Origin: a virus
DNA: 64,000 bases
IMG/VR virus record: IMGVR_UViG_3300032093_000070
Location: 17,010-81,009 of that record
Reading direction: 5' to 3' (one strand)
Shown in pieces: positions 47,821 through 57,122 of the stretch. The stretch's first letter is position 1. Every line of letters begins with the position of its first letter. Made by a program: the position numbers and the translations under genes. A model generated the notes under the pieces. It was not told the origin of the DNA, searched no databases, and saw nothing but the letters and a program-made list of their open reading frames with translations.

Positions 47821-47850
47821 TGGGCAGTTTAAGGACATGCCCAGGTCGCC
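47821..47850 (-). ncRNA. candidate compact H-type pseudoknot downstream of the capsid gene
   Basis: GGCGAC C TGGGCA T GTCC TTAAAC TGCCCA: GAC/GTC and TGGGCA/TGCCCA pairings interleave. Confidence 0.4.
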
Positions 47851-47861
47851 GTATTTAGTTT

Positions 47862-48950
47862 TTAGTTGGTTTCAGCAACGATAACAGCCTGATCAGTGAT
47901 GAGGCCAAGACCGAAGATTGAGTACCAAGCAAGAGCATGCTCACGACCGAAGTCAAGGATACCGCCATCGCGGAGCTCGACTGGAAGAGAGATTGCGTGA
48001 CCGAATGCGTTATCTCCAATGAAGATAGCGTCATAGCGGTCAGATTGTCCGTTACCGGTGAACTGTGCAGGAGTGATGTAACCTCCGCCAGGTGTAACGG
48101 TTGGGTTAGCAACAGCTGTATCAGCGGTGTAGTTAGTACCAGCACCACCAACAACCTTGCGAACCTGTGTGGTCTCAATGAATACTGTGTCGTATAGACG
48201 ACCAATTTCACCGAGCATGAAGTTACCAGGAGCAGCGTACTTAGTTACTTCAATGAACTCAGCGGTATCACGAAGCTTACGGCTCTGGTGTGGGTGGACG
48301 AAGCAAACATAAGTTTCGCCCAACCGTGGAATGTTCTTGGTTGAGAGTGTCTCAACAGCATCCTTAACGGTACGTGGAGTGAGGCTGAAGTTACCGGTCA
48401 TTGAAGCACGGCTTGATCCATTTGTACCATATGCGTACTGGTTGAAAGTACCAGTTCCGTTGGTGATAGCAAGCATGTTAGTGCGGTCTTCACCATAGAT
48501 TGTTGAGGTTGCTGCGTAGAGTGTGTCGCGTGAAAGCTGATCTAGATAGATCGCCATGTTACGACCGAGAAGACGTGAAGCAGATGCCATCACATCGTCA
48601 AATGAAGCATTGAGCAATAGCTCAGAAACAGCAAGAGCATAACCATGCTCAGATACTGTGATTGAGAACTGTTGTGCTGTCAATGCGTTGGTCTGCATAC
48701 GTACACCTTCAACAAGGCCACTTGCGAAGCCGAGGTTGTTGTAACGCATGAAGTTGATTTGAAGACCAGGTGCAACACCTAGTTCGGTCTTCTTTACTGC
48801 AAATTGCTCAAAGCGAAGGATTGGCATGGCCTGGAAAAGAATTTCCTTGGACCAGATCGTCTGAATCGCTTGAGTCAATTGGGTATTTGTACCCGAGTAG
48901 GCTGTAGGGGCAGCGGCTAGATTACCGGTACCTGTGATTCCTGATGCCAT
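47862..48950 (-). CDS. major capsid protein (N4-gp56-like)
   Basis: After portal and scaffold; LRFEQFA, LVEGV, YVCFVHPHQ, GEIGRL...FIET, DFGREH.LAWY. Confidence 0.9.
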   Translation of the reverse strand: MASGITGTGNLAAAPTAYSGTNTQLTQAIQTIWSKEILFQAMPILRFEQFAVKKTELGVAPGLQINFMRYNNLGFASGLVEGVRMQTNALTAQQFSITVSEHGYALAVSELLLNASFDDVMASASRLLGRNMAIYLDQLSRDTLYAATSTIYGEDRTNMLAITNGTGTFNQYAYGTNGSSRASMTGNFSLTPRTVKDAVETLSTKNIPRLGETYVCFVHPHQSRKLRDTAEFIEVTKYAAPGNFMLGEIGRLYDTVFIETTQVRKVVGGAGTNYTADTAVANPTVTPGGGYITPAQFTGNGQSDRYDAIFIGDNAFGHAISLPVELRDGGILDFGREHALAWYSIFGLGLITDQAVIVAETN

Positions 48951-48986
48951 TTAAATTTGACTCCTTAGTTGGATTTGGATTGGGGA

Positions 48987-49778
48987 TTACCCGAACAGTC
49001 CGCGAGACTTCCCACGAGCCGAAGGGCTCAATAGTCGTTCTCTATATTTGGCGTAATCGTTCATGGACAGAGACTGAATTTCTTCAGCCGTTAACTGACG
49101 TTGCTCCGAATTAGTTTCCAATGGTCCGGCTGGCGGCAAGGTTGCCCTTGTGCCAGTCATTTCTTTTCTGGCGGTCTGCATTGCAGACTGAGCCGATTCA
49201 AGAATACGAGCTGAGCGCTCCTTCAATCCTTCAACACTAGCTTGGATTTCTTCGCGGGTATTACCTGCGATTAGATCAACTAGTTCTGGAATGATGTTGT
49301 CGCGCTCTTGTTCTAGTACTTGCTGGCGATAAGCCTGAAGATCTGCAAAAGTCTTTTCGCGCTCCAGAAGAGCGAGGGCTCGTTCACGTTCTTGACGCTC
49401 ACGCTCCAACTGCTCTTGCAACTCAGAAAGGCGAGCATCAGCATAGGATTTTGCATCCAATTCTGATAATGCTTCTTGTTTTGCCTTTTCAGCTAAAGCT
49501 TGCGCTTCAGCTTCTTTGCGAGCTGCTTCTTCTTCTTTTTCTTTACGAATTGAGTTTAGCTCTTCCTTCAGAGATTCGATCTGAGGGTAAAGCTTTTCCT
49601 TTTCCTGAGAACGCACTTTAGCTAGATCATCCTCCGTGTAAAACTTTGGCTGTCTTGCATTCACTTTCTCAGTGCTCGTAATAACAGTCGACGCGTCAAC
49701 GTCCGACACATTTACTACTGGAGCTGTTCCGGCTTCTGCTTCAAAAGCAGTTGCCATTGTTTCCGCAGTATCTGACAT
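48987..49778 (-). CDS. capsid scaffolding protein
   Basis: Charged coiled coil between portal and capsid; C-terminal SMNDYAKYR. Confidence 0.8.
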   Translation of the reverse strand: MSDTAETMATAFEAEAGTAPVVNVSDVDASTVITSTEKVNARQPKFYTEDDLAKVRSQEKEKLYPQIESLKEELNSIRKEKEEEAARKEAEAQALAEKAKQEALSELDAKSYADARLSELQEQLERERQERERALALLEREKTFADLQAYRQQVLEQERDNIIPELVDLIAGNTREEIQASVEGLKERSARILESAQSAMQTARKEMTGTRATLPPAGPLETNSEQRQLTAEEIQSLSMNDYAKYRERLLSPSARGKSRGLFG

Positions 49779-49858
49779 GCTTATATCCTTTTTTCCTCTG
49801 GGTCGTTTTCCGAATGCCCTTGCGGGCGTAGCACATATGACCTAACGTTTGTAAGTTA

Positions 49859-49893
49859 ATTTTCGCCTTACCGTACGAAATTGTCTGCGTAAA
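49859..49893 (-). promoter_or_regulatory. candidate late promoter TTTACG-CAGACA-N17-GAAAAT
   Basis: Repeated motif upstream of the scaffold/capsid genes. Confidence 0.5.
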
Positions 49894-49898
49894 TCGCT

Positions 49899-51620
49899 TT
49901 ATTTTTCGTAGTCTTGCGGTACCTGCCTTTTAGGTAGTTGGGTACCGTAAGCTTCAGTTACGAGTTTGGTTCTCAAAGCAGCCTCGCCCTGCTGAGCCAC
50001 TACACCGGCTCCGTCTAAGATATTAGGTGCGCCCGCGCCCATTACTGGGGCCCCGCCACCAGCCGATCCAGCTCCGCCACCTGTTGGGGCAGCGCCACCC
50101 ATTTCAGGAGGCAAGGTGCCTGTGATCTGCATGATCTCTTGTTCAATCTGAGTTTGTAGAAGTTTAAGTGCTCCATCGGACAGAGCCTCGTCTTTAAGCT
50201 CTTGACGGATCTCTTCTAGTTTCTCAGTTGGGAATTCTTCACCAAGGGAGCGCAAAGCTCCTTCTTTAGACTCAAGCCCTAGTGACATAAGTGATTGAAC
50301 TTCGTTCAAAGCAATCAACTTATCTAGAGGTAGAGGTGGTGGGAAGTGAACATAAGATTGGTAAGTAAGAGGATCTTGTGGATCTAGTCGATCTAACTGA
50401 CCCTGCTTCAAAGGAGAGTTTTTAGCTGGATCCCATACAAAAGTCTCTGGCTCTTTAATTGCAAGGCTAAGCAAAATAAGTTCGTTTACACGCTCTAACC
50501 CGCGAGCATACTGAATGATCTTTTGATGATAACGGTTCATCAAAGGCTGGAACTGAATGGATAGCGCAACACCTGAGGTATTGGAAATAGGCTGTGCCTG
50601 ACCGAGTGCGGTCTCAGGAACACCAATCATTTCGTGCATAGACTTCTTGAGCATTGTCAAGAACTCCATAGCGCCTTTTAGTCCTTGCGATCCACCTTCA
50701 AGGTTTTCTACCTTCGCGTCTTTTGGTAAACCACCCCAGACTTTGTTAGCCCCCTTCTCAAGCTGAGAAGCTTTTGCACCGATGATAACTGTGACTGGGG
50801 CGGCGTGATAGTTAACAATGTCAGCAATATCCGTAGCGGTCTCGTTGTAAGCGCGGTTAATATTGATAATATCATTGCAATCAGAAAGACCCCAAGGGCT
50901 GCCACTAATACGAACATTTGGTACATGAACCACAGGGATAACACCAAGAGGGTTCGGGCGCGAGTCAATAAGTTCATCATTGATATATTCCTCAATGACA
51001 TCTTCTGTCAGGATTTCTGTGTAGGTGAATACTTGTCGCGTACCTTCAAGAGAGGTGCCCCAGAAGCGGTACTTGAGCTTAAAGCGAATAAGACGCTCAC
51101 GGTCGTGAGGATGAAACTCTGGAAAACAGAAAGACGAGTTAAGAGGCAGAACGCGAACACGACCAGGATGCACACGGCCCGCAGGATCTGTATATGCTTC
51201 TTCGTACGCAACCTTGATAAAACAGTCGCCTGAGACTGAGCCTTGCTGTCCAATTTCCCAAAGGACTGTGGCTTTGTTGTTGTCAACTTCCCAAACTCTT
51301 TCCAAGAGATCCGGAACAATCGCTTCAGTTTCTTTAGGGCTACGGAAGCTGACGCCCTTACCGAATGTAAAGTTAATAACGAAGTCTGTGAACGCACGGT
51401 AGTAGTTTAACATCATTTGAGTTTCGCCAGTTTGACGGCGGTATGAGTAATGATGTCCTAGATACATAGCCCAGTTAAGGGAGTATCTGTTTAAGCGCGG
51501 ACCATGAACTTCAAATTCTTCATCTGCAAGCTCCACCAAACCTAGTGGAGAAATGGAAATAGTAAGGTCAGATGACGCCGCCCTATACGACGGCGGTGAG
51601 AAATCTATACCGCTCACCAA
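49899..51620 (-). CDS. portal protein (SPP1 gp6-like)
   Basis: NYYRAFTD...FGKG, NPLGVIPVVH.PN, G.SD, SNTSGVAL. Confidence 0.88.
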   Translation of the reverse strand: MVSGIDFSPPSYRAASSDLTISISPLGLVELADEEFEVHGPRLNRYSLNWAMYLGHHYSYRRQTGETQMMLNYYRAFTDFVINFTFGKGVSFRSPKETEAIVPDLLERVWEVDNNKATVLWEIGQQGSVSGDCFIKVAYEEAYTDPAGRVHPGRVRVLPLNSSFCFPEFHPHDRERLIRFKLKYRFWGTSLEGTRQVFTYTEILTEDVIEEYINDELIDSRPNPLGVIPVVHVPNVRISGSPWGLSDCNDIININRAYNETATDIADIVNYHAAPVTVIIGAKASQLEKGANKVWGGLPKDAKVENLEGGSQGLKGAMEFLTMLKKSMHEMIGVPETALGQAQPISNTSGVALSIQFQPLMNRYHQKIIQYARGLERVNELILLSLAIKEPETFVWDPAKNSPLKQGQLDRLDPQDPLTYQSYVHFPPPLPLDKLIALNEVQSLMSLGLESKEGALRSLGEEFPTEKLEEIRQELKDEALSDGALKLLQTQIEQEIMQITGTLPPEMGGAAPTGGGAGSAGGGAPVMGAGAPNILDGAGVVAQQGEAALRTKLVTEAYGTQLPKRQVPQDYEK

Positions 51621-51679
51621 ACCACCCTTCCTACATTAACCCGCAAAGAATACCACTATTACCGACAAAACGATAAAGA

Positions 51680-51991
51680 TTACTTTCTGAAAGCTTCTCC
51701 AGCAACATTGCCTTTGCCGACCTTTTTGGTCACTTTCTTCTTCTGATCTTTTTCTTTTTTATCTTGAGCTTCTTTGGCGTAGTCTCTAAATCTCGGATCT
51801 ACTTCTTTTTTAGAATCAACAAACTTGCCACCCATTTGAACATATTTGGCATGAACCCAGTGAGCAGCGGCTGGGGATGGATATTTAGCAAAACGAGTTT
51901 TCGCCTGTGTTGTGATCATGTTATATAGGCGTGGATTAGCCGGAACCTGTTTAGGTCCCTCTTTAACTTCTTGACCTCTGATTAATGCCAT
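51680..51991 (-). CDS. basic hypothetical protein
   Basis: PANPRLY...YPSPAA.HW...Y...GG. Confidence 0.65.
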   Translation of the reverse strand: MALIRGQEVKEGPKQVPANPRLYNMITTQAKTRFAKYPSPAAAHWVHAKYVQMGGKFVDSKKEVDPRFRDYAKEAQDKKEKDQKKKVTKKVGKGNVAGEAFRK

Positions 51992-52079
51992 GAATACCCT
52001 TTACATAGATAGGTTGTCCCGCCCCGGGTTAATGCTAAGCAAATAACCTATTTAATACGAGGCAGGACTTCCTAAATTG

Positions 52080-52478
52080 TTAGTCTTGTACGACAGCTGG
52101 GTTAGCAGGTTGCTGATGTGCTCCGCTACGGAATACACGCTCAAAGCGGTTGTCACCATGGTCAGCAAAGCCGCCAGATGAGAACTCGCCAAGATAAGCA
52201 GGTGCTTCTACCCAAGCTGCAGAACCGACGTGTGCACGTTCGCGCATTGTCTCTTCTGCTGTCTTGGTATGAACCACAGCATTACGATTTGGGCGACCTG
52301 CTGCAGGAACATATCCCTGCATCGCGCCTTTAGAAAATTCCTGTGGGACATCTGTATCTGTCGCAACGCCTTCTTCGAAACGAAGAGGGCCACGCATTCC
52401 TGGAGTAGCAGCAGCAAACTTACGGTCGTAAGTATTAGCTGTCTTCTCAGGGAAGTTAGGGTTTGGTGCAATTGCCAT
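52080..52478 (-). CDS. hypothetical protein
   Basis: AAGGAG SD; 132 aa. Confidence 0.7.
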   Translation of the reverse strand: MAIAPNPNFPEKTANTYDRKFAAATPGMRGPLRFEEGVATDTDVPQEFSKGAMQGYVPAAGRPNRNAVVHTKTAEETMRERAHVGSAAWVEAPAYLGEFSSGGFADHGDNRFERVFRSGAHQQPANPAVVQD

Positions 52479-52515
52479 TTTTACTCCTTATTAAAGGTTG
52501 AGGGCCTCATGTAAA

Positions 52516-52550
52516 AGTTTCCTACCTTGCGAGCCTAAAGTCTGCCTAAA
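52516..52550 (-). promoter_or_regulatory. candidate late promoter TTTAGG-CAGACT-N17-GAAACT
   Basis: Repeated motif immediately after the terminase stop. Confidence 0.5.
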
Positions 52551-54134
52551 CTAGCGATAAAAAGGGGATGAGGATACTTCTATGGATGGCATGGTTAGAT
52601 CCATAGTTAGCGACACCGCGATAGCCAAACTGTCGGCGTAGTCATCGTGGGCATGCGCCTCATCTGGAGCGTGAGCTAAAAAGTTAGGACCCTGAAACTT
52701 AGTCTCTAGATCCGTCATTTGTTGGTAGAAACGCTTCCATGTACGCAACCTGCGGGTTTTGGCATGAGCTGGCCAACCGATCATCCGTCGATCAATTAGT
52801 GCTTTTAAGTGTTTCCAGCGCTTGGATTGCTCCGGCTGGCTACTGCCTATGGCATGAACTTCTGCCCTAGGAAGAAGAAGTTTAAGTCTTTGAGCTACCG
52901 CATCACCTACGCCGTTAGCGTCTACGCCTACGGCTAGAACATCGTAGTTGTTAAGGAAGTTAATGATCTGAAAGTATTGATCTTCCCAGTCGTCTCCTTG
53001 AATCTCAAGCCAATTTAAAACTCTATGGTCAAAGTAACCAAACTCGTCAGGGCGATCCCAATCAACCCAAACAACTGTAACTACTGTGGAGTCCAGTTTA
53101 CGAGCCGGATCAATTCCAACTACCACAGGAGTTCTATGCCAAGCTTTAACTGTTTCTTGTGATGTATCTCCAAGTTCGTCCATGATTGCAGATGAAACGA
53201 ACATACCTCGCTCAAGCAACCATTTACAAGAATATGACATCTGGAACTCATCAGAATCCTCGCCAATGCGAAGCATTTCTTTTTTAATAAACTTTCCATA
53301 GTTCGGGTTTACTTTTGCGACCTCTCTCCAGTCCCACTCGTAGTGATTTTGGCGAGCGCTCTTACTTGTTTGCCTACGCTTGTTTAATTGAATAGATCTA
53401 TAAAAGTTGTTTTTAGTTGTAGTAGGAGTTCCTGTCTTTACCATCGTACCTGAGTAATACGCCAACATAGGGGAGATAGACTTAGATACAACAAAGTCGT
53501 CTGCTTCTTGACACTCATCAATAACTACAAGATGGAAAGACTTAGACTCAATTTTAGCTCTAGGGTTAGCAGTCATCATCATGAGGCTACTACCTGAGTT
53601 TTTTAATTTAATCTGCCGTGTAACGCCAGGCACTTTACCTAGTGAGTCATCAATCTCTGGGTCTCCAAGAATCTCAAGCGCTCGCTCACTTGTAAGCCTG
53701 TTTACTGTACGACCAAAAAGAGTTTCAACCTGACCTTCAACAGGAGCAAACATTCCAATCCAGATTCCATCTTTGAAACGACCAAGAAGTTCTGGATACA
53801 TCTTAGCTAAACGAGGAAGTAAAACCATAAGTGTTGCTACTGTATTCGCAATAGTTTCAGACTTACCTGACTGGCGAGCAGCAAGTGCAGTTACTTCTTC
53901 ACCATCATTAATGATTACAGACTCAATTACGCGTCTGGCAAGAGGTAGTTGATATGGGTGAAGTTCGTGCCCTACAAGGGCAGTCATAAATTCAATACAA
54001 CGATCAATGAGTTTTTTTACAAACTCTCTAGAGAGTTCGTCTAACTCTTCTTCAACATCCTCTTCTAAAGGTTGTTCAAGATCCTCATCAGGAAAGAACT
54101 CTTCTTCGTCTTCGTACGCGGAATCATTAATCAT
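52551..54134 (-). CDS. terL: terminase large subunit
   Basis: ARQSGKS, VIDECQ, TGTP, GIDPA, DANGVG, HDDYADS. Confidence 0.93.
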   Translation of the reverse strand: MINDSAYEDEEEFFPDEDLEQPLEEDVEEELDELSREFVKKLIDRCIEFMTALVGHELHPYQLPLARRVIESVIINDGEEVTALAARQSGKSETIANTVATLMVLLPRLAKMYPELLGRFKDGIWIGMFAPVEGQVETLFGRTVNRLTSERALEILGDPEIDDSLGKVPGVTRQIKLKNSGSSLMMMTANPRAKIESKSFHLVVIDECQEADDFVVSKSISPMLAYYSGTMVKTGTPTTTKNNFYRSIQLNKRRQTSKSARQNHYEWDWREVAKVNPNYGKFIKKEMLRIGEDSDEFQMSYSCKWLLERGMFVSSAIMDELGDTSQETVKAWHRTPVVVGIDPARKLDSTVVTVVWVDWDRPDEFGYFDHRVLNWLEIQGDDWEDQYFQIINFLNNYDVLAVGVDANGVGDAVAQRLKLLLPRAEVHAIGSSQPEQSKRWKHLKALIDRRMIGWPAHAKTRRLRTWKRFYQQMTDLETKFQGPNFLAHAPDEAHAHDDYADSLAIAVSLTMDLTMPSIEVSSSPFYR

Positions 54135-54151
54135 ATTTTCCTAGTTTATGG

Positions 54152-54225
54152 AAAAACAAAAAGCCTTGGGTATGTAAACCCAAGGGCTCTTTGCTGCCGC
54201 CATACGGGGAGAGAAGAGAGAGGCA
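54152..54225 (-). ncRNA. candidate small RNA/leader with CU-rich tract and intrinsic terminator
   Basis: TGC-TAAGAT extended -10, then GCCTCTCTCTTCTCTCCCCGTATGGC, then GCCCTTGGGT...ACCCAAGGC-TTTTTGTTTTT. Confidence 0.5.
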
Positions 54226-54257
54226 AGGCAAATCTTAGCATAATGTAGACAAAGCTA

Positions 54258-54497
54258 CTATTTAGTGCTTCGTTTATAAAGCTCTTCGACGACAGCATGT
54301 AAAGCTTCTGCTCCATTTCTGGCTTCATCTAAATAGACTTTTTCTCGGCTTTTTTGATAACTGGACAGGCACTTTCCAACTTCATAGATCGCCTGATCAA
54401 TCCACATTTCCAGCTCAGCTGTTGGGATCCTAGAGACCCGTTTTGCTATTTTTTCAGAGAAAGGTTTATCCCAGTCTTTATCCTTAAAAAGCTTCAT
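54258..54497 (-). CDS. hypothetical protein
   Basis: 79-aa helical ORF upstream of terL. Confidence 0.6.
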   Translation of the reverse strand: MKLFKDKDWDKPFSEKIAKRVSRIPTAELEMWIDQAIYEVGKCLSSYQKSREKVYLDEARNGAEALHAVVEELYKRSTK

Positions 54498-54777
54498 GGT
54501 ATGCCCCGTCCTCTGGAGACCAAACTTTTCTTGCCCGAAGGGCGTTACCGACTAACAGATCAATATCTTCGTCGGTTAAAAGGTGTGGATCTTTTACGGT
54601 CTTAAATAAAAGACCTAGATAAAACCCCGGCTTTGTAAAGGGGAATCTAAATACTAAACAACGACCAGATCGATAGGGAAAGTCTGTTTCTTGGGTGCGA
54701 CCAAGTTCTACAATAGGAAGGGCTTTGCGGTGGTAATAATTAAGTTTCCCTAGATATATCGGTCCCAGTGTTCTCAT
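54484..54777 (-). CDS. hypothetical protein
   Basis: 97-aa ORF with GAGG SD. Confidence 0.6.
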   Translation of the reverse strand: MRTLGPIYLGKLNYYHRKALPIVELGRTQETDFPYRSGRCLVFRFPFTKPGFYLGLLFKTVKDPHLLTDEDIDLLVGNALRARKVWSPEDGAYHEAF

Positions 54778-55300
54778 TTGATTCCTCAGTAGTTCTCGTA
54801 TAAGCGGGGCTGTTCTGTATGCTACTTGCTATCTGGGCAGTATAACTAATCTGCTCCTTTAGCGACTCCGGCATGTCTGCAACACTTGCCGGTCCCATAT
54901 CTGACCAACCATCTAACCCAGAAGATCTCAAGTATCTTCCTGTAGACGGGCTGTTCTTTAGCCCTAGCCACATATTAGTAGGAACATTATTGTACTCCCA
55001 CCATGTGCCATCTCTAAATACCACAATTAGTTTGTTAACTTCAGGGGCATACGCGACCACAAGAGCTCGTGGTCTGCCTGGGTTTATTGTTGGAGCAGAG
55101 CGCATTTCACCGCGGTTTACCTGAGGCTCTGGGGCTTTGCTCACATCATTTGGAATAACAACTTCAGTGTCTTTCCATTTAGCCGCAAACCGATCCTCAT
55201 ACCCAAGTTTTTCTTGGGCTCGAAGGATTAAGTTAAGCTTTTTATTTGCTGAGTCATCGGTTGGGCCATACTTTAAAGCTCTGCCTTTGTACTTTGGCAT
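54740..55300 (-). CDS. KTSC-domain protein
   Basis: AY...LIVVFRDGTWWEYNNVP...SPSTGRYL. Confidence 0.75.
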   Translation of the reverse strand: MPKYKGRALKYGPTDDSANKKLNLILRAQEKLGYEDRFAAKWKDTEVVIPNDVSKAPEPQVNRGEMRSAPTINPGRPRALVVAYAPEVNKLIVVFRDGTWWEYNNVPTNMWLGLKNSPSTGRYLRSSGLDGWSDMGPASVADMPESLKEQISYTAQIASSIQNSPAYTRTTEESNENTGTDISRET

Positions 55301-55560
55301 TAGTCCTCACACCTATGATTTTCTTTTTCAGAGTCTAGAACTCTTGTTAAACAATAAGCACAGCGGACATACTTTGGTGGTCTGTAATCATTTTGCGCCG
55401 TAGCGCCTAGAGGATAATCACTACCATCTTCATCTTGATTGGGTCTATCCACAACAATGTCTGGTTCCCTAAACAAGTCAGGTGGAAACGGTCCAACCGG
55501 ATCCATCATTCGATCGGGAACTGGGTGGACTTGTACAGCCTGTTTTTTAGTTATCCGCAT
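55300..55560 (-). CDS. hypothetical protein with C-terminal CxxC...HxC
   Basis: CAYC...HRC. Confidence 0.55.
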   Translation of the reverse strand: MRITKKQAVQVHPVPDRMMDPVGPFPPDLFREPDIVVDRPNQDEDGSDYPLGATAQNDYRPPKYVRCAYCLTRVLDSEKENHRCED

Positions 55561-55744
55561 CAGCAGGAGCCTCTTTAGCTTCTGCTTTCTTCTTAGCTGG
55601 GGCAGCCTTTTCTACAGGAAAATGTCCAGCCAAGGCGCGATCTTGTAACCATGTAGGCAAGCAGGTCGCGCAGTAGTTAACTGGGTTAACGCCAGGATCA
55701 GCTACTGTGTAAGCCGCATCGTTAGAGCAGTTATCGCACTTCAT
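55547..55744 (-). CDS. small zinc-finger-like protein
   Basis: MKCDNC...YCATC; AAGGAG SD before the ATG at 55744. Confidence 0.6.
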   Translation of the reverse strand: MKCDNCSNDAAYTVADPGVNPVNYCATCLPTWLQDRALAGHFPVEKAAPAKKKAEAKEAPADADN

Positions 55745-55784
55745 TGGTTCTCCTTTTCTTCCCATAATTCTATCTTAAAAAAGC

Positions 55785-55809
55785 AATAAGGCGGGCATTG
55801 AGCCCGCCC
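55785..55809 (-). terminator. probable terminator after the lysis cassette
   Basis: GGCGGGC-TCAAT-GCCCGCC followed by TTATTGCTTTTTT. Confidence 0.65.
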
Positions 55810-55823
55810 TACTGATTTAATGC

Positions 55824-56102
55824 TTACTTCTTTTTAGCCTTCTTGGCTTCTGCATCAAGCTTCTTGGTTACTTCACCTGCAAGCGATGCGGCCACACGAC
55901 CAAACGCCGGATCCTTCTTATTTGCCCAACGTAGTGCAACTGGGATCACGGATGCCCAAAGGGCGTTTGCAACCAGTGTCCATTCACCTGAACCAAACTC
56001 TAGTGGTGATGCGATTCCGCTGGTTTGAGTAACAATTACGATCGCGCCGATAATCTGACCGAGCAAGTTACGGGCATACGATTCAATTGCTGCTTTATTC
56101 AT
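55824..56102 (-). CDS. putative holin
   Basis: SYAR, two hydrophobic segments, LRWANKKDPAFG, basic tail; next to the endolysin. Confidence 0.75.
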   Translation of the reverse strand: MNKAAIESYARNLLGQIIGAIVIVTQTSGIASPLEFGSGEWTLVANALWASVIPVALRWANKKDPAFGRVAASLAGEVTKKLDAEAKKAKKK

Positions 56103-56109
56103 ATAGCTC

Positions 56110-56670
56110 CTACTTCTTTACTTGACCGCAGGTTGGGCACACTTGTGGTGCTTCTGCGGGGGCAGCAGCCTCTGCTGCTTCTTTGAACTTTGGACGGCCA
56201 AAGCCCACGATAGATACCATAACATTCTTTGGGTTCTTTTTCCAAGCGCGAAGCTTAAGGCAGACTTCTCCGCCATTGCGCTGGTCACCCTTCTTGTCTG
56301 GGCTGGTATTGCCCTCAATTACTAGACAGGTGCCATCTTTCTTTACGGACTTCACGATACCCACATGGCTGATCCGATCAACGCCATCTGCTGGGAAATC
56401 AAAATAGGCGATATCTCCTGGCTGTGGGTCATCTTCGTGCCAGCGTCCAGCCTTCTTAAAAGCATCAGCTCCAGAAGGAGTGTAAACGGTATTAGGTACC
56501 TTTACGCCAGCTTCATTCGCGCACCACATAACAAAGCTTCCGCACCATGGTTGGAAGTTAGCTTTTGTGTAGGCGCCATACTTTGTTTCATTGTCTTTTG
56601 GACCTTCAACGGTTCCAACTTCTTGCTCAGCCTCTTCAATCAGGCGAGCGGCTGTTCCTAGATCTGCCAT
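56110..56670 (-). CDS. CHAP-domain endolysin
   Basis: PWCGSFVMW, PGDIAYFD, HVGIV, IEGNT, GFGRP. Confidence 0.9.
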   Translation of the reverse strand: MADLGTAARLIEEAEQEVGTVEGPKDNETKYGAYTKANFQPWCGSFVMWCANEAGVKVPNTVYTPSGADAFKKAGRWHEDDPQPGDIAYFDFPADGVDRISHVGIVKSVKKDGTCLVIEGNTSPDKKGDQRNGGEVCLKLRAWKKNPKNVMVSIVGFGRPKFKEAAEAAAPAEAPQVCPTCGQVKK

Positions 56671-56918
56671 TATTTGCTACCTCTTTTTTTAACGAGTAAT
56701 CCGTAAATCTCATCAACTCGAATTTCAAGTCTGTCAACTTTTGAGTCAAGTTCGTTAACTTTATCTTTGATCGAGCTTCCACCGTTCGGTTTAAGTTCTG
56801 CTAGATAATGTTTGACCAGCCATTTGACTCCAAGAGCCGCTGATCCTAATACGCTGATTAATGTGGCTACGAAGCCAAGCCAATCTATTGGGGACACTCT
56901 ATACACCCATTCTGTCAA
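56670..56918 (-). CDS. small membrane protein in the lysis cassette (true start uncertain)
   Basis: One TM segment plus ELKPNGGSSIKD and a coiled coil. Confidence 0.65.
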   Translation of the reverse strand: MTEWVYRVSPIDWLGFVATLISVLGSAALGVKWLVKHYLAELKPNGGSSIKDKVNELDSKVDRLEIRVDEIYGLLVKKRGSK

Positions 56919-56981
56919 AAAGTCAATAGTTTTACCTTAGCAGAATGGTTGTCCGAATAAAATCACATAAGATCTACGCAT

Positions 56982-57068
56982 AAATTACAGCATTAGAATA
57001 CACGCGTGTCATAATAAAAAATATATATTTTTTACGCTTGACACCGTTTGTAAAGCCTGTGCTAAGGT
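56982..57068. promoter_or_regulatory. divergent promoter region with central 20-bp AT palindrome
   Basis: TAAAAAATATATATTTTTTA (57015-57034) flanked by TTGACA-N19-TAAGGT (+) and ATGACA-N19-TAATTT (-). Confidence 0.5.
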
Positions 57069-57122
57069 TGAACCTGATAAGCCACCAGTGATGGTGGCTT
57101 TTCGGCACTGAGAGGAGCAGAA

